A stretch of 64,000 bases of DNA from Promethearchaeota archaeon (GCA_030606485.1 JAUWGH010000007.1:67320-131319), one strand, 5' to 3'. Positions 21,912 to 31,323 are shown, counted from the first letter of the stretch. Program-made: numbers and translations. Notes: generated by a model not told the origin, from the sequence alone.

Positions 21912-22919
21912 ATGTCAATAGATAGAAAAAAATTAGAAGCTTTATTAAGATGGTATTTTAATACTGTTGGAGAAGATCTTTTAGCCGCAATAATTGTAGA
22001 TAGAGAAGGATTGGTCCTAGCCTCACAATCTCGAGAAGATAAAATTGATGAGGAAATAATTGGTGGTTTATCTTCACTAATCGAGCCTGTATTGAAAAGA
22101 ATTACACAAGAATTTAGTTCAGGGAATTTTGGGACAGGAACATTTGATACTGAGGAATATAGACTAATTTTTTGCGAAGCCGGAGAGGATGCTGTTTTTA
22201 TCTCAATCTTGGATGGTATTGCAATGATTGATCCCATTTTTCCCTATGCTTATTTAGCTGCAGAAAAAATTGCAAGAATATTTGATGGCCGAGAGGTAAG
22301 TCCCGTTATACCAAATCTTTATAAAAAGGTTGGGTCAGAAATAATTACAAAAAAAGAAGGAAAACTTCAACAGATTGGCGTAAAATCGGAAGAGTATGCT
22401 TACAAATTAATTCTTGGCGGAGAAGGCGGTGTTGGTAAGACTTCTATGGTAATGAGATTTGTTCATGATAATTTCCAAGAAAGTTATAAAGCAACAATAG
22501 GCACAAACATTATGAAAAAAGAATGTGAATTTAAAGATTTGAATACAAAAGTTCGTTTCGTCGTATGGGATCTTGCAGGACAAGCTCAATTCGCTCGAGT
22601 TCGCCAAACCTATCTACGAAATTCTGAAGCAGGATTACTAGTATTTGATGTAACGAGAAGAGATACTTTTGATAAAATAAAGAAATGGCATGAAGAAATA
22701 TTAAAAGATTCGAAGAAAACATCTTTAATTTTAGTGGGAAATAAAATTGATTTGATAGACCAGAGGGATGTAACAAAAGAAGAAGCAGAAGCACTCGCAA
22801 AAGAATTATGTCTCTCATATTTTGAAACTTCTGCGAAAGATGGAACAGGAATAAATGATGCATTTGAAATGCTTGCATTCCAAATGATTGATAAATTTCT
22901 TACCGTTAAAGAAATATAA
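21912..22919 (+). CDS. Roadblock/LC7 (MglB-like) domain fused to a Rab/Ras-like small GTPase
   Basis: 335 aa. The N-terminal ~125 aa follow the Roadblock pattern (LLAAIIVDREGLVLASQ...EEIIGGLSSLIEPVLKRI...YRLIFCEAGEDAVFISIL). The C-terminal GTPase has G1 GGEGGVGKTS, G3 WDLAGQ, G4 GNKIDL and G5 ETSAKDG. Confidence 0.85.
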   Translation: MSIDRKKLEALLRWYFNTVGEDLLAAIIVDREGLVLASQSREDKIDEEIIGGLSSLIEPVLKRITQEFSSGNFGTGTFDTEEYRLIFCEAGEDAVFISILDGIAMIDPIFPYAYLAAEKIARIFDGREVSPVIPNLYKKVGSEIITKKEGKLQQIGVKSEEYAYKLILGGEGGVGKTSMVMRFVHDNFQESYKATIGTNIMKKECEFKDLNTKVRFVVWDLAGQAQFARVRQTYLRNSEAGLLVFDVTRRDTFDKIKKWHEEILKDSKKTSLILVGNKIDLIDQRDVTKEEAEALAKELCLSYFETSAKDGTGINDAFEMLAFQMIDKFLTVKEI

Positions 22920-22925
22920 CAATAA

Positions 22926-23022
22926 AGCCTCTGGAGGGAATTGAACCCTCGACCTTCTGATTACGACTTCTGTGCTTTAATACATATACATATCAGACGC
23001 TATACCACTAGGCTACAGAGGC
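22926..23022 (-). tRNA. tRNA-Thr (anticodon CGU preferred) with a 25-nt intron at position 32/33 (22967-22991)
   Basis: Read on the minus strand. Acceptor GCCUCUG/CAGAGGC, T arm GAGGG-UUCAAUU-CCCUC, anticodon stem UCUGA/UCAGA, variable AGGUC, discriminator U. 32 nt lie between the stem halves. Removing 22967-22991 leaves the loop UUCGUAA. The D stem is weak (GCCU/UAGC). The alternative canonical 37/38 reading gives UGU, which is also Thr. Confidence 0.8.
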
Positions 23023-23110
23023 ATTTTTATAAATACCTTTAAAAATTAAATAATAATAATTTTAAAGTAGTTATAAATTTTTTTTCAGAAAAGCATACTC
23101 AAGAAAAGCA

Positions 23111-24145
23111 ATGAAAAGATTAACTCTCAAAGAACTTGGGGAATCAAAAATCATTGAGATTATCGAACAATTAATTTTTGAAAAGACCGGTGAAAAAATA
23201 CAAAATGATGATGCTTTTTTTATGAATTTGAAAATTAAAGGTAATTTAAATCAAAATTACGTTGTTATTAATACCGATATGCTCGTTTCTACTTCAGATA
23301 TTCCCCAACAAATGACCCCCTTTCATATCGGACGAAAATCAATTATTATGAATATTAGTGATCTACTAGTAAAGGGAATCACACCGGTGGCAGTAATTAT
23401 CTCTTTAGGACTTCCAAATGATATGCTACTAACCGATTTCAAAGAACTTATGAAGGGAATAATTGAGACTTGTAAAAAATTTAATTTGAAGTATCTAGGA
23501 GGAGATCTTAATGAAACTAAAGAGGAGATAATTATAAACCCGACTGTATTTGGATTCGGACAAAAAAACAAAATAATCTACAGAAAAGGAATGAAAGTTG
23601 AGGATCTTTTATGCATAAATGGGTGTTTTGGTCTTACTGGAGTTGGTTTTAATATTATTTTAAATAAATTTGGAGATTTTTCTAATCTAAAGTATAAAAA
23701 AGCAATCGATTCTGTTCTTAATCCTTCGGTTAGCAAAATAGAAGGTAAAATTCTGGCAGAAAACAAATTAGCAACGTCAAGTATTGACTCTTCTGATGGA
23801 TTAGCAAAATCTCTAAAAGAACTTACTAAAGCAAATAATAATTTTGGTTTTGAAATTAACCTCAATGATGTTCCAACAGAAAACTTTGTTAAAGAATATT
23901 CTGAAAAATTTAATATCCCATTTGAAAAATTAATTTTTAATGGTGGGGAAGAATTTATCCACCTTTTCACTATTGATCCCAATAATTTTAACAAAGCCGC
24001 AAAATTAATTAAAGAAAAAAATGGTTATCTTATTCCAATAGGAAAAGTAATAGCAGAAAATAAAATTTATATTATAAAAGATGATAAAAGAAATGTCCTA
24101 AAAGATTTTGGATATGAGCACTTTATAACGGTGCATGATAAGTAA
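23111..24145 (+). CDS. thiL: Thiamine-monophosphate kinase (AIR synthase/PurM-like fold)
   Basis: 344 aa. It has the ThiL-like blocks GESKIIEIIEQL, NDDAFFM, VINTDMLVSTSDIP, IMNISDLLVKGITP, LGGDLNE and SSIDSSDGLAKSL. Other PurM-fold enzymes are not fully excluded. Confidence 0.65.
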   Translation: MKRLTLKELGESKIIEIIEQLIFEKTGEKIQNDDAFFMNLKIKGNLNQNYVVINTDMLVSTSDIPQQMTPFHIGRKSIIMNISDLLVKGITPVAVIISLGLPNDMLLTDFKELMKGIIETCKKFNLKYLGGDLNETKEEIIINPTVFGFGQKNKIIYRKGMKVEDLLCINGCFGLTGVGFNIILNKFGDFSNLKYKKAIDSVLNPSVSKIEGKILAENKLATSSIDSSDGLAKSLKELTKANNNFGFEINLNDVPTENFVKEYSEKFNIPFEKLIFNGGEEFIHLFTIDPNNFNKAAKLIKEKNGYLIPIGKVIAENKIYIIKDDKRNVLKDFGYEHFITVHDK

Positions 24146-24224
24146 AAGAATTAATAAAATTTTTATTTTATTTAATATTATATTGAAATCAAATCTATAA
24201 TTTTTAAAGAAAAAAATAATATAA

Positions 24225-24298
24225 GGGCTTGTGGCGCAGTCAGGTAGCGCAACGGGCTTTTAACCCGCAGGTCGGGGGTTCAACTCCCCTCAAGCCCG
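24225..24298 (+). tRNA. tRNA-Lys (anticodon UUU), no intron
   Basis: Acceptor GGGCUUG/CAAGCCC, D arm GCGC-AGUCAGGUA-GCGC, anticodon loop CUUUUAA, T arm GGGGG-UUCAACU-CCCCU, discriminator G. 74 nt. Confidence 0.95.
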
Positions 24299-24384
24299 TT
24301 TAAAATCATTCTTCTAATTTAATGAAAGGTTTTTACTAGGTTCATAAAATAATTAAATGTGTATAATTTAAACAATAATAAGGC

Positions 24385-25362
24385 ATGAAATTTCAAGATC
24401 AGCTCTTAATTAAATCGGAATCACCAATAAACGAAGATTATGGTTGTAGACCTGAAGATCGGGATATTGAAACATATATAAATTATGGAATTATCAATCT
24501 TGATAAACCAAAAGGACCCACAAGTCATGAAGTGGTAACTTGGGTACGAAAAATTTTAGGAGTACAAAAAACTGGGCATGGTGGGACTTTAGACCCAAAA
24601 GTAACCGGGATATTGCCTTGTGCCATAAATAAATCAACAAAAGCAGTTTCTTACTTATTAAATTCAAAAAAAGAATATGTTTGTGTCATTTTTTTTCATT
24701 CTCCCGTTTCAGAAAGACAAATAGGAAGTTTATTTTCATTATTCACAGGAAAATTATATCAAAGACCTCCCTTAAAGTCTTCTGTTGCGAGAAAATTACG
24801 GATTAGGGAGATTTATTATAATAATATTTTAGATATTCAAGGTCAATATGTTATATTTAGAGTTGGTTGCCAAGCTGGCACCTATATTAGAAAATTATGT
24901 TTTGATCTTGGAGAAGCATTATGTAGCGGAGCCCATATGGTTGAGTTAAGAAGGACCAAATCTAGTGTTTTCGAAGAAAATAAAACATTAATTACTCTAC
25001 AGAATTTAAAGGATGCAGTGACAATTTTTAGAGAGGAAGGAGATGAATATTATTTACGAAAAGTTATTCAACCTCTCGAGATAATCACTGAATCTTTTCC
25101 AAAAACAATCATTAGAGATAGTGCTGTTGATGCACTATGTCATGGAGCAAATTTAACATCTCCGGGTATCCTATATGTTGATGCCTCAATTCAAAAAGGT
25201 ACTGTAGTTGCTATCATGACCCAAAAAAAAGAATTGATTGCTTTTGGAACAGCCTTAAAAAGTGGTATGAAAATGTATAAAGCAAATTCAGGAATTATGG
25301 TAAAAATCAATAGAGTCTTTATGCAAAGAAGAACTTACCCACGATGGACGGAATTTAAATGA
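24385..25362 (+). CDS. cbf5: H/ACA RNP pseudouridine synthase Cbf5 (TruB family with C-terminal PUA domain)
   Basis: 325 aa. Contains GIINLDKPKGPTSHEVVTWVRKIL and the catalytic GHGGTLDPKVTGILP, and the C-terminal PUA region carries the SAVDALCHGANL pattern. Confidence 0.9.
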   Translation: MKFQDQLLIKSESPINEDYGCRPEDRDIETYINYGIINLDKPKGPTSHEVVTWVRKILGVQKTGHGGTLDPKVTGILPCAINKSTKAVSYLLNSKKEYVCVIFFHSPVSERQIGSLFSLFTGKLYQRPPLKSSVARKLRIREIYYNNILDIQGQYVIFRVGCQAGTYIRKLCFDLGEALCSGAHMVELRRTKSSVFEENKTLITLQNLKDAVTIFREEGDEYYLRKVIQPLEIITESFPKTIIRDSAVDALCHGANLTSPGILYVDASIQKGTVVAIMTQKKELIAFGTALKSGMKMYKANSGIMVKINRVFMQRRTYPRWTEFK

Positions 25363-25997
25363 AAGATAAAAATAATTCTCATTATTTCTCTAAATCCCCT
25401 CATTCAATCTTAAAAACTTATTCAATTTCAGAAAGTTTACGAGGACATTTGTATATATTTAAAACATCCTCGGGAATTTTTAGCCATCGAAAAATTGATC
25501 TTGGAACGAAAACATTTATAAGATACATGCAAATACCACCTAAAAATGCCTTACTTTTAGATATGGGTTGTGGATATGGACCAATAGGCATTGTATTAGC
25601 GAAAGAAAACCCAGATAGTACCATATACATGATCGATATAAACAGTAGGGCAATTTGGTGTGCTAGAGAAAATGTTAAAATTAATCGTGTTAAAAATGTC
25701 AAAATCTTTAATAATTCTTATTTTGACCTTATAAAATCTGAAAATTTAAAATTTGATGGGATTTATTCAAATCCTCCTTTAAAAAAAGGCAAAAAAGAGT
25801 TTTTAAATTTTTGTTATTTAGTCCCTAATTATTTAAAAAAAGGAGGTACTTTTCAATTTGTTATAAGGAGAACATTAGGCGCAAGTAATATATTTGAAAT
25901 TCTTTCAGATACACTTTCTAACATGGAAATAGAAATAAAATTTAAAAGAAGTGGTTATTGGATCTTTTTTTTAAAAAAAAGGTTAGGGAATGGATAA
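25359..25997 (+). CDS. Class I SAM-dependent methyltransferase (MJ0882 / RsmC-RsmD-like small-domain family)
   Basis: 212 aa. SAM motif I is LLDMGCGYGPIGI and the substrate-amine motif is YSNPPL. A 4-nt overlap with the cbf5 stop suggests co-transcription. Confidence 0.6.
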   Translation: MKDKNNSHYFSKSPHSILKTYSISESLRGHLYIFKTSSGIFSHRKIDLGTKTFIRYMQIPPKNALLLDMGCGYGPIGIVLAKENPDSTIYMIDINSRAIWCARENVKINRVKNVKIFNNSYFDLIKSENLKFDGIYSNPPLKKGKKEFLNFCYLVPNYLKKGGTFQFVIRRTLGASNIFEILSDTLSNMEIEIKFKRSGYWIFFLKKRLGNG

Positions 25998-26063
25998 TTT
26001 TTTTAGATAAGGATTATTTCATAAATTATAAGACTATTTCTCTATTAAATTGAGTGATATTTT

Positions 26064-26321
26064 TTGACTAAAAAAAAGCTAGACGTCCTAAGGCACAACC
26101 TAGTTCCTAAACACATTATTTTAACAAAAGAGCAAACTATTGATTTATTAAATAAGTATAAAATTAAAGTTATTGACTTACCTCGCATTTTAAACACAGA
26201 TCCTGTTATATTTTCAATCGGAGCTAAAGAGGGCGATGTGGTCAAAATTTTAAGAAAATCTCACACAACCTTAGATGAAATTAAATATTATAGGTATGTG
26301 ACAAAAGAAAAAGCTAGTTAA
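26064..26321 (+). CDS. rpoH: DNA-directed RNA polymerase subunit H (Rpb5 homolog)
   Basis: 85 aa. HNLVPKHIILTKEQTIDLLNKYKI...LPRILNTDPV...GAKEGDVVKILRKS is the conserved RpoH/Rpb5 C-domain pattern. It lies directly upstream of rpoB. TTG start. Confidence 0.9.
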   Translation: MTKKKLDVLRHNLVPKHIILTKEQTIDLLNKYKIKVIDLPRILNTDPVIFSIGAKEGDVVKILRKSHTTLDEIKYYRYVTKEKAS

Positions 26322-26379
26322 AATAGAAATTAAAAATCTTAAATTAAGATTATTATAAAATAAACCGCGTGAAGTAATA

Positions 26380-29300
26380 TTGAGTTTGGAAGAAAATTAT
26401 TTGGTAACCAATGAAGATGCTTGGTTAGTTTTAAAAAAATTATTTGAAGAAAAAGGGTTAGTCCGTCAGCATTTAGATTCTTATAATGATTTTATTGAGC
26501 ATCAAATGCAAGAGATTGTAGAAGAGAGCGCTCAAGTGATACCAGATATCCCTGGATATAAAATTAAATTCAATAAAATAATTATTAATCTCCCTATGAT
26601 TAGGGAAGCTGACGGTGCTACAAAAGAAATAACTCCTTTGGAAGCTAGAACTAGAGAATTAAGTTATGCTGGTGATATTCATCTTGATATGATTCCAATT
26701 ACTATTGATGAGAGAACTCAAAGAGAAGAAGCTCAAGAAACGATTAAAATTTATATAGGTAAGCTTCCTATTATGTTAAAAAGTTGTCGATGTCCTCTTC
26801 GAGATCTAACGGCTCAAGAACTTATAAACAGAGGTGAAGATCCACTTGATCCAGGAGGTTATTTTATTATAAATGGTACTGAAAGAGTATTAGTTACTCA
26901 AGAAGATCTTGCTCCAAACAGAATTTTAGCAGAAGAATCAAGTAAAAGTTCAAGCGCAACTCACCAAGCAAAAGTTTTCTCTACTAAAAATGGTTTTAGA
27001 GCACCTGTAACAATTGAACGTAAAAAAGATGGAAATTTAAGAGTTTCTTTCCCTTCTGTTCCGGGAAAAATCCCACTAGCAATTCTTATGCGTGCTTTAG
27101 GACTTAAATCGGATCGTGAAATTTTTGAAGCTATTTCTGATAATCCAGAAATACAAAAAGAATTAATTCCAGTAATAGATGTTGCATCAGAAATACAAGT
27201 TCATCAAGATCCAGAAAAATCTCTTCAAAATGCACTAGATTATATAGGAAAAAGAGTTGCGGTAGGACAAACAAAAGATTATCGTATTAAACGAGCTTGT
27301 CAAGTATTAGATAGATATTTACTGCCACATATTGGTAATGATGAAAGTGATCGAATTAAAAAGGCCTATTACCTTGGACAAATGAGTCAAAAAGTTATGG
27401 AACTATCACTAGGATTGAGAGAATCTGATGATAAAGATCATTATGCAAATAAACGCCTTAAACTAGCGGGAGAATTATTTACTTCTTTATTTAGGGTTGC
27501 GTTTTTAAACTTAGTTAAAGATATTAAATATCAATTAGAAAGAATTGCTGTTCGAGGAAGAGCACCCAATATTAAAACTGCTGTAAGAGCAGATGTGATT
27601 TCTGAAAGAATTAGACATGCGCTCGCTACAGGAAATTGGGTTGGTGGAAAAGCCGGAGTTAGCCAATTACTGAATCGAACTAATCATGTCGCTTCTCTTA
27701 GCCATCTTAGAAGAGTTGTTTCACCTTTAAGTCGAAGTCAACCCCATTTTGAAGCACGAGATTTACATCCTACACAATGGGGAAAAATATGTCCCAGCGA
27801 AACACCAGAAGGTCCTAATTGTGGCTTAGTTAAAAATTTAGCACTAGCATCAATAATTTCCGTAGGCTCAGATGAGGAGATTATAGAACATATTTTAATT
27901 GATTTAGGCGTTATCCCGATTAATGAGGTAAAAAACATAAAAGGAAATAAAACTAAAATATTTTTAAATGGAAGATTAATTGGAATTCATCAAAAACATA
28001 ATCCATTAACAAGACAAATACGAGAAAAGAGACGAAGGGGAGAAATTGACCAAAACGTTAATATTGCTTATTATTCAGATTCAAATGAAATCCAAATAAA
28101 TTGTGATGGCGGTAGAGCTACCCGACCATTATTTGTAGCAAAAAATGGTAAAGTATTGATAATTGACGAAGACATAGAAAAATTGAAGAATGGAAAATAT
28201 CAATGGTCCGATTTTATTGAGAAAGGTATAATTGAGTATTTAGATGCTGAAGAAGAGGAAAATGCATTTATTGCAATGTTTCAAGATGATCTAACTTTAG
28301 AACACACCCATTTAGAAATTTCCCCTGCTGCAATCTTAGGTATATGTGCTTCAATTATTCCATTTCCAGAACATAATCAATCACCAAGAAACACTTATGA
28401 AGCAGGAATGGTAAAACAAGCATTAGGCTTATTCTCAGCTAATCTTCACTTAAGGCTTGACACTAGAGGCCATACTCTACATTACCCCCAGATGCCATTA
28501 GTTAAAACTCATCCTATGGATATTATAGGTTTTGATAAACGTCCTGCTGGTCAAAACTTTCTAATTGCAATGATGTCATATGAAGGATTCAATATTGAAG
28601 ACGCTTTAATAATCAATAAAGCCTCTATTGAGAGAGGGCTCGCACGCAGTCATTTCTTTCGCACTTACGCGTCAGAAGAGAGAAAATACCCAGGAGGAGA
28701 AGTGGATAAATTTGAAATACCTGAGAGGGGAGTTAGGGGCTTTAAATCCACAGAATCATATAGATTTCTTTCAGAATTAGATGGAATTATCGAACCAGAG
28801 ACTCAAGTTGATGGAGGCGATGTATTAGTTGGGAGGACCTCTCCACCAAGATTCATAAAGTCTTATGGAGAGTTTGATTTGTCTCAACCTAATCGCAGAG
28901 AAACGTCAATTAATATGCGGCACAGTGAGAAGGGAATTGTGGACACCATCGTTATTTCTGAAACAGTTGATGGAAATAAACTCGTAAAAATTAAGGTTAG
29001 GGATCTACGGATTCCCGAATTGGGAGATAAATTCTCATCAAGGCACGGTCAGAAAGGTGTTATAGGGTTAGTTGCAGCTCAAGAAGATTTACCATTTTCA
29101 GCAGATGGTATAATCCCTGACATGATAATTAACCCTCATGCAATGCCAAGTAGAATGACATTAGGGCAACTTTTTGAAGGTATTAGTGGGAAAATCGCAT
29201 GTAATACTGGTGAAATCGGTGATGCGACAGCATTTGAGTGGAAAAATATTACCGAGTTGCAAGAGTTATTATTAAAAGCTGGATTTGAGTTTAATGGACG

Positions 29301-29760
29301 GGAGACATTATATAACGGTATCACAGGTGAAAAATATGATGTAGGAATTTATTGCGCACCTATTTATTATCAAAAATTGTATCATCTTGTTGCTGATAAA
29401 ATTCACGCAAGAGCTCGAGGACCCGTGCAAATTTTGACCAGACAGCCAACAGAAGGTCGTGCAAGAGAAGGAGGGCTAAGATTTGGCGAAATGGAGAGGG
29501 ATTGTCTTATTGGACATGGAAGTGCTCTACTTCTTAAAGAGAGATTATTAGATGAATCAGATAAAACAGTTGTATTAATATGTGAACGCTGTGGATTGCT
29601 TGCTACATATGACCGGAATCGTGACATAGCTTCTTGTCCTATTTGCGGGCAAGGTACTAAAATTTCAAAAGTAGTATGTAGTTATGCTTTTAAATTATTA
29701 ATGCAGGAAATGATGAGTCTTGGATTAGCTCCGCGATTAAAGTTAAGGGATAAAGTCTAA
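26380..29760 (+). CDS. rpoB: DNA-directed RNA polymerase subunit B, unsplit (Rpb2 homolog)
   Basis: 1126 aa. Conserved blocks include GYFIINGTERVLV, HPTQWGKICPSETPEGPNCGLVKNLA, SRHGQKGV and GGLRFGEMERDCLIGHG, and the C-terminal zinc ribbon is CERCG...CPICG. Confidence 0.97.
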   Translation: MSLEENYLVTNEDAWLVLKKLFEEKGLVRQHLDSYNDFIEHQMQEIVEESAQVIPDIPGYKIKFNKIIINLPMIREADGATKEITPLEARTRELSYAGDIHLDMIPITIDERTQREEAQETIKIYIGKLPIMLKSCRCPLRDLTAQELINRGEDPLDPGGYFIINGTERVLVTQEDLAPNRILAEESSKSSSATHQAKVFSTKNGFRAPVTIERKKDGNLRVSFPSVPGKIPLAILMRALGLKSDREIFEAISDNPEIQKELIPVIDVASEIQVHQDPEKSLQNALDYIGKRVAVGQTKDYRIKRACQVLDRYLLPHIGNDESDRIKKAYYLGQMSQKVMELSLGLRESDDKDHYANKRLKLAGELFTSLFRVAFLNLVKDIKYQLERIAVRGRAPNIKTAVRADVISERIRHALATGNWVGGKAGVSQLLNRTNHVASLSHLRRVVSPLSRSQPHFEARDLHPTQWGKICPSETPEGPNCGLVKNLALASIISVGSDEEIIEHILIDLGVIPINEVKNIKGNKTKIFLNGRLIGIHQKHNPLTRQIREKRRRGEIDQNVNIAYYSDSNEIQINCDGGRATRPLFVAKNGKVLIIDEDIEKLKNGKYQWSDFIEKGIIEYLDAEEEENAFIAMFQDDLTLEHTHLEISPAAILGICASIIPFPEHNQSPRNTYEAGMVKQALGLFSANLHLRLDTRGHTLHYPQMPLVKTHPMDIIGFDKRPAGQNFLIAMMSYEGFNIEDALIINKASIERGLARSHFFRTYASEERKYPGGEVDKFEIPERGVRGFKSTESYRFLSELDGIIEPETQVDGGDVLVGRTSPPRFIKSYGEFDLSQPNRRETSINMRHSEKGIVDTIVISETVDGNKLVKIKVRDLRIPELGDKFSSRHGQKGVIGLVAAQEDLPFSADGIIPDMIINPHAMPSRMTLGQLFEGISGKIACNTGEIGDATAFEWKNITELQELLLKAGFEFNGRETLYNGITGEKYDVGIYCAPIYYQKLYHLVADKIHARARGPVQILTRQPTEGRAREGGLRFGEMERDCLIGHGSALLLKERLLDESDKTVVLICERCGLLATYDRNRDIASCPICGQGTKISKVVCSYAFKLLMQEMMSLGLAPRLKLRDKV

Positions 29761-29981
29761 TAATTTTATCTTTACTTTATTTTTCTTAATATCTAATCTA
29801 AAAAAATGAAGATAGAAGACTGTTTTTTTTTAATTTTAAGTATTGAGGTTATTTTTTTAATAATATAAAATGAGAATGAGTTGTGATATAAATTAATAAA
29901 AAAAAAATATTTAGGCAACATGATTCTTTTCAAGAAACAAGAGTAAATGAAAATTATAAGAATCTTTTTTTTACAATAATT

Positions 29982-30746
29982 TTGGTGCAACCGGAACATT
30001 CTGGTAATATTGGAAGCGTTGCAAGGGTTATGCGTAATTTTGAATTTTTTAATTTAGTTGTTTTTAATCCCATTGAGCGTAAAGAACATATCTTTAGTTA
30101 TGAAACACGGGGCTTTGCCATGCATGGTAAAGAAATTCTTTTAAATTCTGAAATTGTTGAAATTGAGCCATCAAAATCTCATACATCTGAATTAAAAAAT
30201 TATTTAAAAAAATTTGATTTAATTATTGCGACAACTGCAAGTGGTATGCGCTATACAAATCTTAGAAGATTAACAATATTCCCTGAAGACTTTTCACTTC
30301 CTCTATCAAAGACCCCTCTCAATATTGCAATTTTATTTGGAAAAGAATCAAGGGGTCTGACAAATGATGAGATCAGTTTAGCTGATATTCTTTTAAGAAT
30401 TCCAGCCAGTAATACTTATTCTACTTTAAATATTTCTCATGCTGTAGGTATTATCTTATATGAATTATATAGAAAAATTAATATTATTAATATTGGAAGA
30501 GGAAATAAACCAGTATTATTAGCTAATAAGCAAGATCGCCTTATTATTTATAAAATCATAAGAAATCTAATAAAGCAACTTAGAATCAGAACTCATAAAA
30601 AAGAAAAGGTCTATTATGCATTTAAAAACGTATTTGAAAGAGCAGTCATGTCAAAAAAGGAATTAAGTTTCATTCTAGGACTTTTTTCCAAATTAAATTC
30701 TATTATGAATCACAATATAGAAAAAAAAAAGGAAATTTTGAAGTAA
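29982..30746 (+). CDS. trmJ: SpoU/TrmH-family RNA 2'-O-methyltransferase (TrmJ-like); true start probably upstream of the tracked TTG
   Basis: 254 aa. Contains PEHSGNIGSVARVMRNF (TrmJ motif 1), LFGKESRGLTNDE and the IP...YSTLNISHAVGIILYEL knot motifs. The same frame stays open upstream (..FFTIILVQPEH) without an ATG; see the finding on the T8 tract. Confidence 0.75.
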   Translation: MVQPEHSGNIGSVARVMRNFEFFNLVVFNPIERKEHIFSYETRGFAMHGKEILLNSEIVEIEPSKSHTSELKNYLKKFDLIIATTASGMRYTNLRRLTIFPEDFSLPLSKTPLNIAILFGKESRGLTNDEISLADILLRIPASNTYSTLNISHAVGIILYELYRKINIINIGRGNKPVLLANKQDRLIIYKIIRNLIKQLRIRTHKKEKVYYAFKNVFERAVMSKKELSFILGLFSKLNSIMNHNIEKKKEILK

Positions 30747-30750
30747 TATA

Positions 30751-31194
30751 TTACAATCCGACACCAGTATAGTTATATAATTCTGGGAGTACGCAGTATA
30801 TTAAAAACAAGAAGAAGAATGTTATTAGAGAGATCCATATTGAATGTTCCCAGGAATCAGTGATCAAGAATTTCACTAATAAAAATAAAAAGAGAAAAGC
30901 TATAACAGGTGCTAATTGTACTAGAAAATTTTGTCCTGATGGATATAATAAGGTTCTGAGCCCTGCCAATAAATCTCCAATCACGCCTAAGACCGCAGTA
31001 ATCGCCCCAACGATAAGTGGAATAATCAAAACCATAATAAATGCGATTAATAAAATCATCCACTTTTTATCTGACGCACGCAACTTAGAATCTACTAATC
31101 TTACAGCGATATACAAAATCAAAGCGACAATAATTGTTGCCAACACAAGCCAAATAATATACCATATAGTAGCTTCACCAAATTGAAACAGCAT
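30751..31194 (-). CDS. Hypothetical integral membrane protein (about 4 TM helices)
   Basis: 147 aa with hydrophobic helices separated by short charged loops. It is preferred over the low-complexity ORF on the opposite strand. Confidence 0.55.
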   Translation of the reverse strand: MLFQFGEATIWYIIWLVLATIIVALILYIAVRLVDSKLRASDKKWMILLIAFIMVLIIPLIVGAITAVLGVIGDLLAGLRTLLYPSGQNFLVQLAPVIAFLFLFLLVKFLITDSWEHSIWISLITFFFLFLIYCVLPELYNYTGVGL

Positions 31195-31323
31195 TTAAGT
31201 TCACTATTTTTTATTGAATATTTATATATACATACTATCCATGGAATCTTTAAATTTTATACTATTTTTAATAAATTAAAATAAATTTTGATTTATTATT
31301 TCTATATAAAAATAAATTTCACT

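Noticed and set aside
22956-22997. Canonical 37/38 intron reading of the tRNA-Thr gene (anticodon UGU)
   Set aside because: It would leave A at the near-invariant U33 position, and I could not build a 3-4-3 BHB around those junctions. The 32/33 reading gives a perfect UUCGUAA loop and a proper BHB. I kept the canonical reading as a stated alternative because both decode Thr.
29793-29999. 68-aa minus-strand ORF between rpoB and trmJ
   Set aside because: It lies in an AT-rich intergenic spacer, the translation is I/F/K-rich, and it overlaps the probable trmJ 5' end.
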